Part shown: piece after piece, positions 63,861 through 64,000 of the stretch
Layout of the letters: each line of letters opens with the position of its first letter
Numbering within the stretch: position 1 is the first letter of the stretch
Source: Octopus vulgaris
Taxonomy: Eukaryota
DNA length: 64,000 nt
Reading direction: 5' to 3'
NCBI GenBank assembly: GCA_951406725.2
Contig: OX597821.1
Coordinates: 38,998,001-39,062,000, forward strand
The notes under the pieces: model-generated
Database searches by the model: none
The model's input: the letters and a program-made list of their open reading frames with translations, nothing else
What the model was told of the DNA's origin: nothing
Translations under genes and position numbers: made by a program

Positions 63861-64000
63861 ATATTGATCAGTAAATACTTTTCCAAATGGTTGGAGATGT
63901 CTTAATTGAAATGATGAGTCAACATGAAAAGGGGGCACATAGGACCATGAAGATGTTAATGTACAAAACAATGTGATGCTGACAACTTGAATGTCTATTA

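Overview
AT-rich, microsatellite-dense eukaryotic DNA that is almost entirely transposable-element relics. The repeat repertoire strongly suggests a coleoid cephalopod, probably Octopus (inference from repeat style). No host exon, rRNA, true tRNA or CRISPR array can be supported, and nearly all ORF-track entries are microsatellite or low-complexity artefacts. Recognisable elements: a full-length dead Tc1-like element with DD36E spacing (3486-4769), a full-length dead Hsmar1-like DD34D mariner nested in an RTE relic (44542-45803), a Buster/Charlie hAT transposase relic and a Buster-type MITE, a Tigger-like MITE, many LINE fragments (RTE, CR1, HERO, R4/Dong) and at least four tRNA-derived SINE families. 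The most unusual signal is about a dozen minimal type I hammerhead-ribozyme motifs with palindromic stem III, from several unrelated Penelope-type repeat families, often in inverted insertions. One family fuses a tRNA-like Pol III head to the hammerhead and a Penelope-type tail and inserts as a TSD-bounded inverted unit (9356-9641, 47267-47795), a candidate ribozyme-bearing, Penelope-mobilised SINE. Another copy carries a U3-A8 compensatory core variant. All coordinates were read by eye and edges of degenerate relics are approximate.
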